Origin: Candidatus Nomurabacteria bacterium | GTDB taxonomy: Bacteria; Patescibacteriota; Minisyncoccia; Phycocordibacterales; UBA9973 | Length of the DNA stretch: 64,000 nucleotides | Direction of reading: 5' to 3' | Assembly (NCBI GenBank): GCA_031425235.1 | Contig: JANPIZ010000008.1 | Location: forward strand, 27,377-91,376 | Shown here: positions 49,315-58,981 of the stretch, one piece after another | Layout of the letters: each line of letters opens with the position of its first letter | How positions within the stretch are numbered: the first letter of the stretch is position 1 | Notes under the pieces: model-generated | The model's input: only the letters and a program-made list of their open reading frames with translations | Database searches by the model: none | What the model was told of the DNA's origin: nothing | Position numbers and translations under genes: made by a program

Positions 49315-50181
49315 ATGCATGAAGACATACCAAACAATTTTTTAGGAATTCCTGAAATCACCCCAGAGGAAGCAGAGGTGCTTATTTTGCCGATTCCACT
49401 CGAAGCAACAGTAAGTTATGGTACAGGCACTGGGCGTGGTCCAGCGGCTATCATCACTGCTTCGCAACAAGTAGAGTTGTATGACCATGAGTTTGGGTAC
49501 GAAGTTAATGAAAAAGTTAAAATAAAAACATTGCCCGCTGTCGTATTTCCTGAGCAGCTTACATTTGAAACAGCTGAAAAAGCGCAGCCTATAATCGCTG
49601 CTGCTGTGGCCCCGTGGACTGATAAATTTGTGTTGAGTTTGGGCGGCGAACACGCCATAACACCAGCACTCATAAGTGAATACAAGAAAAAGTATCCGGA
49701 TCTCTCCATGTTATATTTTGACGCGCATACAGATATGCGTGAAGAGCTTGATAGTACAAAATGGTCACATGCATGTGCGGCGCGACGGTGTCAGGATGAT
49801 CATGGTATTAAAAATATCGTTTGGGTAGGTACGCGCAACACCTCACTCGGTGAGCAGCAATACATAGATACGAGTCATGTAAATTATGGTAATACCTATG
49901 ACCTCAAAAAAATCTTGAGCCAGCTAGGGGACAATGTATACATTTCTTTTGATGTGGATGTATTTGATGTATCCACTATGCCAGCAACAGGCACACCAGA
50001 ACCAGGTGGTATTAACTGGTATCAAGCAATGGAAATATTTGAAGCTGTCACGAGAGAGAAAAATGTTGTTGGAGCTGACATAGCCGAATGCGCGCCAATA
50101 CCAACTCCAGGATTTCATGGATATGATTTTCTCGTAGCAAAACTCGCTTTCAAACTAATTGGGTATAAATTTAGGAAATAA
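49315..50181 (+). CDS. Arginase-family hydrolase (agmatinase/arginase-like)
   Basis: Arginase-fold metal-binding motifs (GGEHAIT, DAHTDM, SFDVDVFD). Confidence 0.75.
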   Translation: MHEDIPNNFLGIPEITPEEAEVLILPIPLEATVSYGTGTGRGPAAIITASQQVELYDHEFGYEVNEKVKIKTLPAVVFPEQLTFETAEKAQPIIAAAVAPWTDKFVLSLGGEHAITPALISEYKKKYPDLSMLYFDAHTDMREELDSTKWSHACAARRCQDDHGIKNIVWVGTRNTSLGEQQYIDTSHVNYGNTYDLKKILSQLGDNVYISFDVDVFDVSTMPATGTPEPGGINWYQAMEIFEAVTREKNVVGADIAECAPIPTPGFHGYDFLVAKLAFKLIGYKFRK

Positions 50182-50202
50182 ATTATAATTTATAAATTTT
50201 CT

Positions 50203-50242
50203 CCTGACCGCAGTGCTTTCAGCTCAGCTGATGCAGGCGGGG
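50203..50242 (-). repeat. 40-nt GC-rich repeat element, copy 2 (reverse orientation); supplies the last 8 codons and stop of cysS (GPRLHQLS*)
   Basis: Reverse complement ccccgcctgcatcagctgagctgaaagcactgcggtcagg. Confidence 0.7.
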
Positions 50243-51568
50243 TCCATTCGGTAGATCTTTTACTTCGTAACCCAGATTATTTATTTCTTTACGGAGTTCG
50301 TCAGATTTATTAAAATCTTTTTCTTTTCGCGCTTGTTCACGTAGAGTAGCTAGTTTTAAAACTTCTTCTGGGATTTCTTCTTCTTTTATATCTGCAAATC
50401 CAAGGCCGAATACTTTATCGAAGTTCAGTACTGTCGCTTTCTTATCAGCATCTGAAAGGTTTTCGTCTTTTAATACATCCCACAGTACAGTGAGCGCTCT
50501 AGGAGTATCTAAATCATCATCTAAAAAGGCTTTAAATTTTTGCTGATATTCGACACTAATGTTATCACCTTCCACATCTCCTAGCTCTCTGTAGAGGCCG
50601 TAGAGCCGCTTGAGGGCGGTTTCAGTTGCATGTAGCGCCTCTTCGTTCCAGTTCATCGTAGTACGATAGTTTGCCATCAGAACCCAGAGCCTGAAAGCCA
50701 TAGGTAAAATGCCACTTTCTACCATATTGCGTATAGTAGTAAAATTACCCTTAGACTTTGACATCTTTTTTGAATCAATATTTAAAAATCCTGTATGCAA
50801 CCATTGCTTCACCAAGGGAGATAGGCCAGAAGCAGATTCCATCTGAGCAATCTCGCATTCATGGTGAGGGAAGATAAGATCTATTGCTCCTCCATGTATA
50901 TCATATTGAGGTCCAAAAAAAGTTTCAGTTATTGCGGTGTCTTCAATATGCCAACCAGGCCGGCCAGAACCCAAAGAAGTTTCCCAAACTGGTTCGCCTT
51001 CTTTACTATTTTTCCACAGACAAAAATCATTCCAACCTTTTTTCTCTTTTGATTCATCAATCCTAGATACTGCATCGTCTTCTTTTAACTCCGTTCGACC
51101 AGATAGTTTTCCATATTCTTTAAATTTAGCAGTCTCAAAATAAATTCCATCGCTTATTGTATAAGCATATCCTTTCTGAGTGAGTGCTTCTACTTGTTTT
51201 ACTATCTGCGGTATATGATCAGTTGCGCGAGCATATTTAGTAACGGAAGTATTCCCGAGAAGTGCCATGTCTTCTATATAGATTTTTTCAAATTTCAGAG
51301 CCAAATCTTTCCAAGATATTCCAAGTTCTCGGGCGCGGTTTATAATCTTGTCGTCAATATCAGTGATATTTTGCAAGTAAAATACCTCATATCCTGAGTA
51401 TCTTAAAAACCGGACCAGCACATCAAATTGAGTATAGGTTTTACCATGACCCAAATGAGGATAATCATACACAGTTGGACCACAAACAAACAAGTTTATT
51501 TTATTATCTTTGGTTGGCGTGAATTCTTCTTTTTTCTTACCAAGTGTGTTGTAAAATTTAAGTCCCAT
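50219..51568 (-). CDS. cysS: Cysteine--tRNA ligase
   Basis: HIGH region (PHLGHGKTY) and KMSKS; 449 aa. Confidence 0.9.
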   Translation of the reverse strand: MGLKFYNTLGKKKEEFTPTKDNKINLFVCGPTVYDYPHLGHGKTYTQFDVLVRFLRYSGYEVFYLQNITDIDDKIINRARELGISWKDLALKFEKIYIEDMALLGNTSVTKYARATDHIPQIVKQVEALTQKGYAYTISDGIYFETAKFKEYGKLSGRTELKEDDAVSRIDESKEKKGWNDFCLWKNSKEGEPVWETSLGSGRPGWHIEDTAITETFFGPQYDIHGGAIDLIFPHHECEIAQMESASGLSPLVKQWLHTGFLNIDSKKMSKSKGNFTTIRNMVESGILPMAFRLWVLMANYRTTMNWNEEALHATETALKRLYGLYRELGDVEGDNISVEYQQKFKAFLDDDLDTPRALTVLWDVLKDENLSDADKKATVLNFDKVFGLGFADIKEEEIPEEVLKLATLREQARKEKDFNKSDELRKEINNLGYEVKDLPNGPRLHQLS

Positions 51569-51570
51569 AA

Positions 51571-52596
51571 TTATTGAATTTTAGACTGATTAAATTCGTT
51601 ACGATATATTGCTATAAGCGTGTACAACAAACTTACAGTCAAAGGTCCTACAAGTATACCGACTGGTCCAACAAATGCGATACCACCTAATACTGAAAAC
51701 AATATGAGAATTGACGGGATATTTATATTTCTTCCGACAACCAAGGGACCCAAGAAATTATCAACAAGACCAACAATAACTACAGACCATACCAATAATC
51801 CCACTGCAGATGTTGTATCTCCAACAGCAAAAAGGAAAATAATCGCAGGACCTGAAACGAGTGCAGTGCCGAATGTAGGGATAAATGACATGATCGCTGC
51901 GACTACACCCCATAATGCACCGTTTGGTACATTAAAAATCCATAACCCAAAACCGAGGAGCACACCTTGTGCGATGGCTATCAACAATGATCCTTTGACT
52001 ACACCATTTACCGCGAGCGCAAGCCTGTTCATGATGCGCGCATCATTTTCGGGACCAAGGGGACTCAGTGTCATGAGAGATTCCTTCCACTTCATCCCAT
52101 CTTTAAGTAAGTAGAAAATAATGAGAAGGAGGAGAACAAACGAAAAAAATGCAGAGATAGTAGTAGTAAATATTGTGGAAATATGGCTCGATAGATAAGT
52201 CACAAAATCAGCTGCTTTTTGATTTACATCAAACTCAACTCCGGGAGGCAACACACTATTTACTTTTGTGTTAATTTTTTCTAAAAAAGGTGATGCACTC
52301 ACATTGCTATCGATAACTTTTTTATACACATCTTGGCTTTGATTGAACACTAAAGCTCCAATACCGAGGATTGGGCCACAGAGCAATATGGTAAATAAAG
52401 CGACCGTTAAGAGGGAAGAAATAGTGGCCGGAATTCCCTTTAGAAGTAACCATTCATAAATAGGGTAGAGGACGATAGTAAAAGATATCCCGAGGACAAT
52501 GATAATCCAAAAAGGTTTAAATATGAAAAATGTAAAAATAGACGTTAGGAGTAATAAGCCAAAGAAAAAGCTTTTTTCTATTATTTTAGTTTGCAT
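51571..52596 (-). CDS. AI-2E family (PerM/UPF0118-like) transporter
   Basis: 341 aa, ~8 transmembrane helices, typical size and topology. Confidence 0.5.
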   Translation of the reverse strand: MQTKIIEKSFFFGLLLLTSIFTFFIFKPFWIIIVLGISFTIVLYPIYEWLLLKGIPATISSLLTVALFTILLCGPILGIGALVFNQSQDVYKKVIDSNVSASPFLEKINTKVNSVLPPGVEFDVNQKAADFVTYLSSHISTIFTTTISAFFSFVLLLLIIFYLLKDGMKWKESLMTLSPLGPENDARIMNRLALAVNGVVKGSLLIAIAQGVLLGFGLWIFNVPNGALWGVVAAIMSFIPTFGTALVSGPAIIFLFAVGDTTSAVGLLVWSVVIVGLVDNFLGPLVVGRNINIPSILILFSVLGGIAFVGPVGILVGPLTVSLLYTLIAIYRNEFNQSKIQ

Positions 52597-52661
52597 AATA
52601 TATATTGTATCAAAAACTTGTTATAAAATAAAGATATATTGTAAGTAAAACTTTGTTTAGT

Positions 52662-54488
52662 TTATTGATTCTGAGTTTGAATGTATTTATCCCATAGATC
52701 TTGAAAATCTTTTGAATTTTGTTTTAAGTGCTCCAGGTTGCCTCGAGCCACTATTTTTCCATCTTTAAAGAATAAAATGGTATCAAATAATGAAAGTAAG
52801 TGAAGTCTATGAATCGAAGAAATGATTGTTTTTTCGGGGAAGTTTGCAAAAATATTTTCATAAATTTTAAGTTCGTTATGAAAGTCTACACTCGAAGTCG
52901 GCTCGTCGAGGAGGACGATATCTTTATTTTTAGAAGCGAGCAGCCCACGCGCGAGAGCGAGCCGTTGCTTTTCCCCACCACTTAGATTCACTCCTTTTTC
53001 AACAATAGTTGATTCTAATTTGCTCGGGAGTCTTTCTACCACTTCCGTAAATGAAGCCATGTCAATAAAATGTTTTATTTCAGCATCTGAGTACTCGACA
53101 CCGAGCGTAATATTTTCTCGTATAGTTGTAGCAAATATTTCTGGGTCTTGAGGAATAAGGGAAATTGAGTCACTAATCATATCAAATGAATGTGTTACTT
53201 CTTTATCATCAATCTCTAAAGTAATTGTTTTGGGTTCATAAAGTCCCCGGAAAATTTTCAAGAATGTGGTTTTACCGCCACCACTTTCACCGATAACTGC
53301 AATTTTTTCACCCTTTTTTATATCTATACTTACATCACCAAGGTGAAGATCGGCATTCTCTTCATCATGATATGAAAAAGATAAATTTTTAATAGAAAGA
53401 GTAGACCATCTTTTTGGTAAATGCTTCTTTTCGAATGTGGCATTGTCGCTGGTGAAATTTTCCGACAGTTCTTCGGTGTTCATTATATTTGATCGCCACT
53501 TCACAGCATCATTATATAACTGAGCAAAACTATAAAATGTGTCTTTTATTCTTTGGTTGTAGCTGTATAGAATATAAATAGATCCTACTAGTATTACGTC
53601 GCCAGTTTGTAGGTTGTAGACAAGGTACACACAGATCGATAATACGACTGAAATTTGTCCTAAAATCGAAGCCCAGAACCATTTAAGTTCATTGTTGATA
53701 GAATTTTTTCTATACTGTGGATACGGTAGGTCGATAGTTTTACTGATTGATTTTAAGACTAAGCTTTCAACCCTAAGTATGATAACAGTTGTAATATTGC
53801 TGATAGTGTCATATATTCTCGCGGCGATATTATTTTCAAGTTTGTTTACTATTGCATATCCTGGTACCAATCTTTTATCATATAAAAATAAAATGTAAAA
53901 AGTTATACCTGACATAATTACTACAACTAATGTTGAATAAAGATTAAAATACAATAGTGTGAGTATCGATACAAAAAGGCGCACAAAGGCTTGGATGAAG
54001 TTAAAACTATTTTCCGAGAAAGTACCCATCGCAATGGTGCCTTTTTCTATTTTATCTATTGTGTCGCCAGAGTGGTGATCAGTATGCCAGGAAAGCGGTA
54101 GTGACATAGTACCACTTAGTAAGTATTCTTTATAATTTTTTTTGATCAAAAAAGATGTTTTTTGTTCCACAATTCTAGCAGGTCCCCAAAATATCCAAAA
54201 GACAATTTCTGAGCTCAGATACACAAGTAATATTGCGAATAAATAATAAATATTATCACGACTGATACCGTTTTTTTGGATAAAATCTAAAAAGTAACCG
54301 ATAATCAGTGGTTGGGTTAGGTAGGATAAGTTTGCCACAACGAACGAAATCGTCACAAATATAATGTTTTTCTTTCTTTCTCCTGCATATGAATACATCT
54401 TATGAAAGAGATACACAACAGGGTTATTTAGCCAACTTTTCATATATGAGGTATAGTGTACCACATAAAAACTAATAAAACCTTGCAT
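52662..54488 (-). CDS. ABC transporter, fused permease/ATP-binding protein (MsbA-type exporter)
   Basis: Six-helix transmembrane domain plus NBD with GESGGGKTT, LSGGEKQRLALARGL, Walker B. Confidence 0.85.
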   Translation of the reverse strand: MQGFISFYVVHYTSYMKSWLNNPVVYLFHKMYSYAGERKKNIIFVTISFVVANLSYLTQPLIIGYFLDFIQKNGISRDNIYYLFAILLVYLSSEIVFWIFWGPARIVEQKTSFLIKKNYKEYLLSGTMSLPLSWHTDHHSGDTIDKIEKGTIAMGTFSENSFNFIQAFVRLFVSILTLLYFNLYSTLVVVIMSGITFYILFLYDKRLVPGYAIVNKLENNIAARIYDTISNITTVIILRVESLVLKSISKTIDLPYPQYRKNSINNELKWFWASILGQISVVLSICVYLVYNLQTGDVILVGSIYILYSYNQRIKDTFYSFAQLYNDAVKWRSNIMNTEELSENFTSDNATFEKKHLPKRWSTLSIKNLSFSYHDEENADLHLGDVSIDIKKGEKIAVIGESGGGKTTFLKIFRGLYEPKTITLEIDDKEVTHSFDMISDSISLIPQDPEIFATTIRENITLGVEYSDAEIKHFIDMASFTEVVERLPSKLESTIVEKGVNLSGGEKQRLALARGLLASKNKDIVLLDEPTSSVDFHNELKIYENIFANFPEKTIISSIHRLHLLSLFDTILFFKDGKIVARGNLEHLKQNSKDFQDLWDKYIQTQNQ

Positions 54489-54520
54489 TTTTAGATGAAA
54501 TTAGGTAATATAAGCCTTAT

Positions 54521-54865
54521 ATGAAAAAGGCGACATCAGACGAATTTGCAGTTATAAAAACAGGCGGAAAGCAATACAAAGTCTCAGAGGGGACTATTGT
54601 TTCTATTGAAAAACTTAAATCTACAAAGGTTGAATATAAAAAGGGCGACAAAGTTTCCTTTGACAAAGTTCTTTTAGTAGATAGCGGCAAAGATGTAACT
54701 ATAGGCACTCCTTATATTGATGGTGCGAGCGTAGATGCTGAAATCATAGAAATCGGCCGTGCACGAAAACTTCTGGTCATGAAGTATAAGCAAAAGTCTC
54801 GATACCTACGAAGAAACGGACATCGTCAACCATTTTTCAAAATCAAAGTTACAGCAATAAACTAA
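54521..54865 (+). CDS. rplU: 50S ribosomal protein L21
   Basis: FAVIKTGGKQYKVSEG. Confidence 0.85.
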   Translation: MKKATSDEFAVIKTGGKQYKVSEGTIVSIEKLKSTKVEYKKGDKVSFDKVLLVDSGKDVTIGTPYIDGASVDAEIIEIGRARKLLVMKYKQKSRYLRRNGHRQPFFKIKVTAIN

Positions 54866-54869
54866 ATAA

Positions 54870-54897
54870 AAAAATCACTCGAGAGAGTGATTTTTTT
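54870..54897. terminator. Bidirectional hairpin terminator (AAAAATCACTC-gaga-GAGTGATTTTTTT) between convergent rplU and recR
   Basis: Hairpin flanked by an A-run and a T-run. Confidence 0.65.
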
Positions 54898-55546
54898 ATT
54901 GTCTATTTTTTAAAGCATTTTTGAGGGTATCGTTGTCCGAATATTCAAGCTCAGTTCCAGTCGAGAGGCCTTTACCGAGGGAAGAGATTTTTATGTTCTG
55001 TTTGTTGGCTATATCGTTTAATTGTTCGCGGACATACATATCCGTGTGGTCACCTTGAGGGCTTAGTGAAAAGGCAAGTATTATTTCCCCGCCTGCACTA
55101 GCTATGCTAGAAGCATTGCGGGTAGGTTTTAAAAAATCTCTTTTTATTCTTGTCTTTAGTTCTTCGATACGTACTCGACTCTTAGTATTTTTTTCTACGA
55201 TCGGCACAAGCCCGCCCAAGATGAAGTATCTTCCATTATAAATTCCACTTTTATGGACGCTTTCTAGGTCAGAATCTTTCTCTACGATCATAAGAGTTGA
55301 GGAGTCTATGTTTGGGCTAGCGCAGATATTACATATTTTTTCTTTATTTTTTCCAATCACAAAAAATCGGAAACAATCTTCGCATTGCGCAATGTCTTTT
55401 TTCAGCTCGAGTAGTAAACTCGACAAATTCTCAGAATAAAAATTATTTTTAAACATAAGGAAATACACAAAACGTCTCGCTTGACGCTCGCCTATGCCTG
55501 GAAACTCTTTAAAAACCTCTGTCAGTTTGTCGACGATATCCATCAA
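54896..55546 (-). CDS. recR: Recombination protein RecR; contains the 40-nt repeat element as an in-frame 14-aa insertion (KPTRNASSIASAGG)
   Basis: HhH (FPGIGERQARR), C4 zinc finger (CEDCFRFF...CNICAS), Toprim (EIILAFSLSPQGDHTDMYV). Confidence 0.85.
   Translation of the reverse strand: MMDIVDKLTEVFKEFPGIGERQARRFVYFLMFKNNFYSENLSSLLLELKKDIAQCEDCFRFFVIGKNKEKICNICASPNIDSSTLMIVEKDSDLESVHKSGIYNGRYFILGGLVPIVEKNTKSRVRIEELKTRIKRDFLKPTRNASSIASAGGEIILAFSLSPQGDHTDMYVREQLNDIANKQNIKISSLGKGLSTGTELEYSDNDTLKNALKNRQ
55086..55125 (+). repeat. 40-nt GC-rich repeat element, copy 3; lies inside recR, antisense to it and in frame
   Basis: ccccgcctgcactagctatgctagaagcattgcgggtagg. Confidence 0.7.
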
Positions 55547-55633
55547 GCTATTTTAGCATCCCAGAACTAAAATTTCACTCTTTCACTTTTATGACAATAT
55601 TGAATTAATCAGAAATTTGGTACGCGACGAGTA

Positions 55634-57055
55634 TTAAAATTCATCCAAATCTCCGCCAGCTATTTTTGATGCTGAGAATTCACTCAAATTACTTTTTTCA
55701 AGGTTGAGGAATGTAGTAGTTTTTTCATCAAAGTAAAGCTCGACTTTACCGACAGGTCCATTGCGGTGTTTTTCGACTAGAATCTCGGCGATATTTGTCT
55801 TATCCATTTGATCTTTCATCTTGTCTTCACGATGGATAAACATGACCACATCAGCATCTTGTTCGATGGAACCTGAGTCACGAAGGTCGGAAAGTCGTGG
55901 CTTGCCCCCTCGCGATTCTACTGCACGGTTAAGTTGAGAAAGAGCAAGTACGGGTACATCGAGTTCTTTAGCAAGGCTCTTTAGAGAACGAGATATTTCT
56001 GTCACTTGGTTTACCATCGAATCATAATTTTTAGAAGTAGTCATAAGCTGCAAGTAATCTACAACTATAAGGTCTACACCTTTCTCAGCCTTGATTCTGC
56101 GAGCGAGAGCCTTCATGCGGACGATAGAGTTACCAGCCTGGTCATCGATAAATATTTTTGCCTTAGCGAGTTTGTCGAGCGAATCACGAAGCTGTGAAAA
56201 ATCTCTATCAGAGGAAAGATTACCAGTACGTAGGTTCCACGCATTCACCCGTGATTGCGCCGAGAGCATACGGTCGACGAGTTGCTGCGAGGACATTTCG
56301 AGAGAAAATATTAATACTGATTTGTTATTATTTACAGCTGCCAAGCGGGAGATATCAAGAGCAAGAGTTGTCTTACCCATACTTGGACGTGCGGCGAGAA
56401 TGATTAAGTCAGATTTTTGTAAACCCGAGAGCATCGCGTCCAGGTCTTTAAATCCAGTTGGTAATCCGCGAAGCATGCCTTTGTTTTCGTGTAATTTTTC
56501 AAGGCGTTCATAGGCTTCAGGGAGCGCGTCTTTCATGTTTACATATTTTTGATTTTTTGGACTCGATACTACGCTAAATATTTTTTTCTCGGCAAGGTCT
56601 AAAATATCATCCATGTGGTCATCACCTTCTTCAAACGCGAGCTCGGACACATAGTCAGCTGCTTCGATCAAGCTTCGAAGCACATATTTTTTCTGTACAA
56701 TATCAGCGTAGTGTTTGACATTTGTTGAAGACGGAACAGTATTTACTATTTCTGCGAGGTACTGATTGCCGCCGATATTTTCGAGAAGTTTTTGTTCGCC
56801 CAGTTTTGTAGACAACGAAAGCATGTCAATTGGTTCATTTTTATTTGCTAAATCGAGCATCGCCTTGAATATTATTTTGTGCTTTTCAACATAGAATGAA
56901 TCAGGGCTGATCATGTCTTCTACTTCATGCATGGCGTCCTTACGGAGCATGATTGAGCCAAGAACTGCTTGCTCGGAAGGGATGCTTTGGGGTGGAATAC
57001 GCAATGTTTTTTGGGTTGCTTTAGTGGGGACAAATTGTTTTTTTATCGGTGCCAT
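55634..57055 (-). CDS. dnaB: Replicative DNA helicase DnaB
   Basis: DnaB N-terminal domain plus RecA-like core (GARPSMGKTT), 473 aa. Confidence 0.9.
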   Translation of the reverse strand: MAPIKKQFVPTKATQKTLRIPPQSIPSEQAVLGSIMLRKDAMHEVEDMISPDSFYVEKHKIIFKAMLDLANKNEPIDMLSLSTKLGEQKLLENIGGNQYLAEIVNTVPSSTNVKHYADIVQKKYVLRSLIEAADYVSELAFEEGDDHMDDILDLAEKKIFSVVSSPKNQKYVNMKDALPEAYERLEKLHENKGMLRGLPTGFKDLDAMLSGLQKSDLIILAARPSMGKTTLALDISRLAAVNNNKSVLIFSLEMSSQQLVDRMLSAQSRVNAWNLRTGNLSSDRDFSQLRDSLDKLAKAKIFIDDQAGNSIVRMKALARRIKAEKGVDLIVVDYLQLMTTSKNYDSMVNQVTEISRSLKSLAKELDVPVLALSQLNRAVESRGGKPRLSDLRDSGSIEQDADVVMFIHREDKMKDQMDKTNIAEILVEKHRNGPVGKVELYFDEKTTTFLNLEKSNLSEFSASKIAGGDLDEF

Positions 57056-57147
57056 GTGTCCTATTCTACCACAGTAAACAAATTGTCAAAACCTAAACCT
57101 TAGTAAGCGTGTTATTAAAGTGTGGAGAAATATGATAATATATAGCT

Positions 57148-58098
57148 ATGTCAAAAAAGATATATTTGTCGGGTATTCAGCCTTCTGGAAAGCCTCATAT
57201 AGGGAACTATTTTGGTATGATGAAGCAACTCCTAGAGCAGCAAAATGAGTATGATGTGTATTTTATGATAGTTGATTATCATGCAATGACTTCGCTCAAA
57301 GATCCATCAGCCATGCGAGAAAATATCATAGCGGTTTTGATTGATTATCTAGCCCTCGGTCTCGACCCAGAAAAATCTATAATATTTAAACAATCAGATG
57401 TGCCTGAGCACACAGAGCTTACCTGGATTTTTGACACTATTACACCCATGGCTTATTTAGAGCGTTCGGTTGCTTATAAAGATGCACGAGATAATGGTAA
57501 AGATATGAATGTCGGCCTATTTAATTATCCATTATTAATGGCGTCAGATATTTTACTTTATAGTCCAGATATAGTTCCCGTTGGGCAAGATCAAAAACAA
57601 CATATCGAGATAGCACGAGACACAGCTCAAAAATTTAATAATACCTTTGGGGATACTTTTAAATTGCCTGAGCACAAAATAATAACAGAAGTTGCAGTAG
57701 TACCAGGTACCGATGGGCGAAAAATGAGTAAGAGTTATGGCAACACCATTCCACTCTTTGCTGAATATGAAGAAATAAAAAAAGCCGTGATGAGTATTGT
57801 GACAGATTCGGGTGGAGATATTCCACAAAATGTATATGCAATCCATAAACTCATAAGACCAGAAAGCGAGCTCGAGCCAATATATAAGGAAAAAGCAGGG
57901 AAATACAAGGAACTCAAGGAACTTCTGATTGAAGACTTGGAAAAGTTCATTGCTCCACTTCGCGAAAAAAGAAAAGAATTCGAAAAAGATATTCCAAAAG
58001 CACTTGAAATCTTAAAACAAGGAGGGGAAAAAGCAAAAAAAGTAGCTGGAGAAAAAATGAAGGAAGTACGAGATAAGATAGGGGTAAATGTTTATTAG
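57148..58098 (+). CDS. trpS: Tryptophan--tRNA ligase
   Basis: GKPHIGNYFG (HIGH) and KMSKS. Confidence 0.9.
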   Translation: MSKKIYLSGIQPSGKPHIGNYFGMMKQLLEQQNEYDVYFMIVDYHAMTSLKDPSAMRENIIAVLIDYLALGLDPEKSIIFKQSDVPEHTELTWIFDTITPMAYLERSVAYKDARDNGKDMNVGLFNYPLLMASDILLYSPDIVPVGQDQKQHIEIARDTAQKFNNTFGDTFKLPEHKIITEVAVVPGTDGRKMSKSYGNTIPLFAEYEEIKKAVMSIVTDSGGDIPQNVYAIHKLIRPESELEPIYKEKAGKYKELKELLIEDLEKFIAPLREKRKEFEKDIPKALEILKQGGEKAKKVAGEKMKEVRDKIGVNVY

Positions 58099-58127
58099 CA
58101 TTTAGTTAATTTTCTTTGTGCAAACAT

Positions 58128-58151
58128 ATCAGCATACTAGTGTGATATTGT
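58128..58151. promoter_or_regulatory. TrpR-operator-like site atATCAGCATACTAGTGTGATATtg, between trpS and the trpR-like gene
   Basis: Same extended motif as 36625-36647 and 58536-58558. Confidence 0.45.
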
Positions 58152-58174
58152 AATAATAAAATACATATTAAAAA

Positions 58175-58459
58175 ATGAAAAATAATTTAGATCAGTATAA
58201 AAAAGAAGTGGTTGAGGTTTTATATAAAATTAGTAAAAATAAAGGCCTGTTGGCTGATTTTGTGAAAGACATACTGACGCCGCGAGAATTTGAAAACATC
58301 AGTGTCCGCTGGCAAATCGTAAAGCGTCTCAATAAAGGGGAACACCACCAATCTATAGCAGAAGATTTACATTTAGGTGTAGCTACTGTCACTCGCGGGT
58401 CTCGTGAGATGAGGAAAATAGAAGGCGGATTTAGGAGAGCCTTGAAGGTGGTTAAATAA
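58175..58459 (+). CDS. TrpR-family (YerC/YecD-like) small DNA-binding protein
   Basis: 94 aa; Trp-repressor-like helix-turn-helix (HQSIAEDLHLGVATVTRGSRE). Confidence 0.65.
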   Translation: MKNNLDQYKKEVVEVLYKISKNKGLLADFVKDILTPREFENISVRWQIVKRLNKGEHHQSIAEDLHLGVATVTRGSREMRKIEGGFRRALKVVK

Positions 58460-58535
58460 GTCCTGTAATCTCGACTATTAGAGTTTTCCACACCCAGCTC
58501 TTCTATCCCCTTGCAATTTAATTTTATATATACTA

Positions 58536-58558
58536 GCATACTAGTATGATAGTAATGA
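58536..58558. promoter_or_regulatory. TrpR-operator-like site with perfect palindrome CATACTAGTATG, downstream of the trpR-like gene
   Basis: Read directly. Confidence 0.45.
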
Positions 58559-58805
58559 GAAATTTGAACATCTGTGATTCAACATTGGGAAGAAACACAG
58601 CACAAAACACACAAGCAAGACAACGACGAGACATGTGGTGGGGCGCAGAGTTTTTTACTCGTGCGTCTTTTTATAGATTTCTTTTATTTCCAAGAATATA
58701 AATATTTTTTCACCAACAAAAAGGAATCCATCAAGCGGCGCAATGAGTGCCGTTTTTTTTGTTCTTTAATTTTTGGTTTTTTGAAAATAAAATAGGAGAA
58801 AAAAT

Positions 58806-58979
58806 ATGTGGGATTTGCAAATTATAGTTCACAGTAATTTACGTGGATGTGAACGGAAAGTTTTAAGTCTTTTAGATGAAGCTAAACTCGAATTACAACG
58901 AATGAACCTTAAAGAGTTCGATAGAATTCTTAAAGAAATACAGAAGTTAAGGAAAGAATTTTCCAAAGGAGGTAAATAA
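58806..58979 (+). CDS. Possible small protein (57 aa); below the ORF-track cutoff
   Basis: Manual ORF MWDLQIIVHSNLRGCERKVLSLLDEAKLELQRMNLKEFDRILKEIQKLRKEFSKGGK*. Its 3' end carries the AAGGAGG ribosome-binding site of the next gene. Confidence 0.3.
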   Translation: MWDLQIIVHSNLRGCERKVLSLLDEAKLELQRMNLKEFDRILKEIQKLRKEFSKGGK

Positions 58980-58981
58980 AT

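Noticed and set aside
58574-58795. 73-aa ORF downstream of the trpR-like gene
   Set aside because: Odd composition, no ribosome-binding site, runs through a terminator-like hairpin; more likely non-coding, possibly an sRNA or leader.
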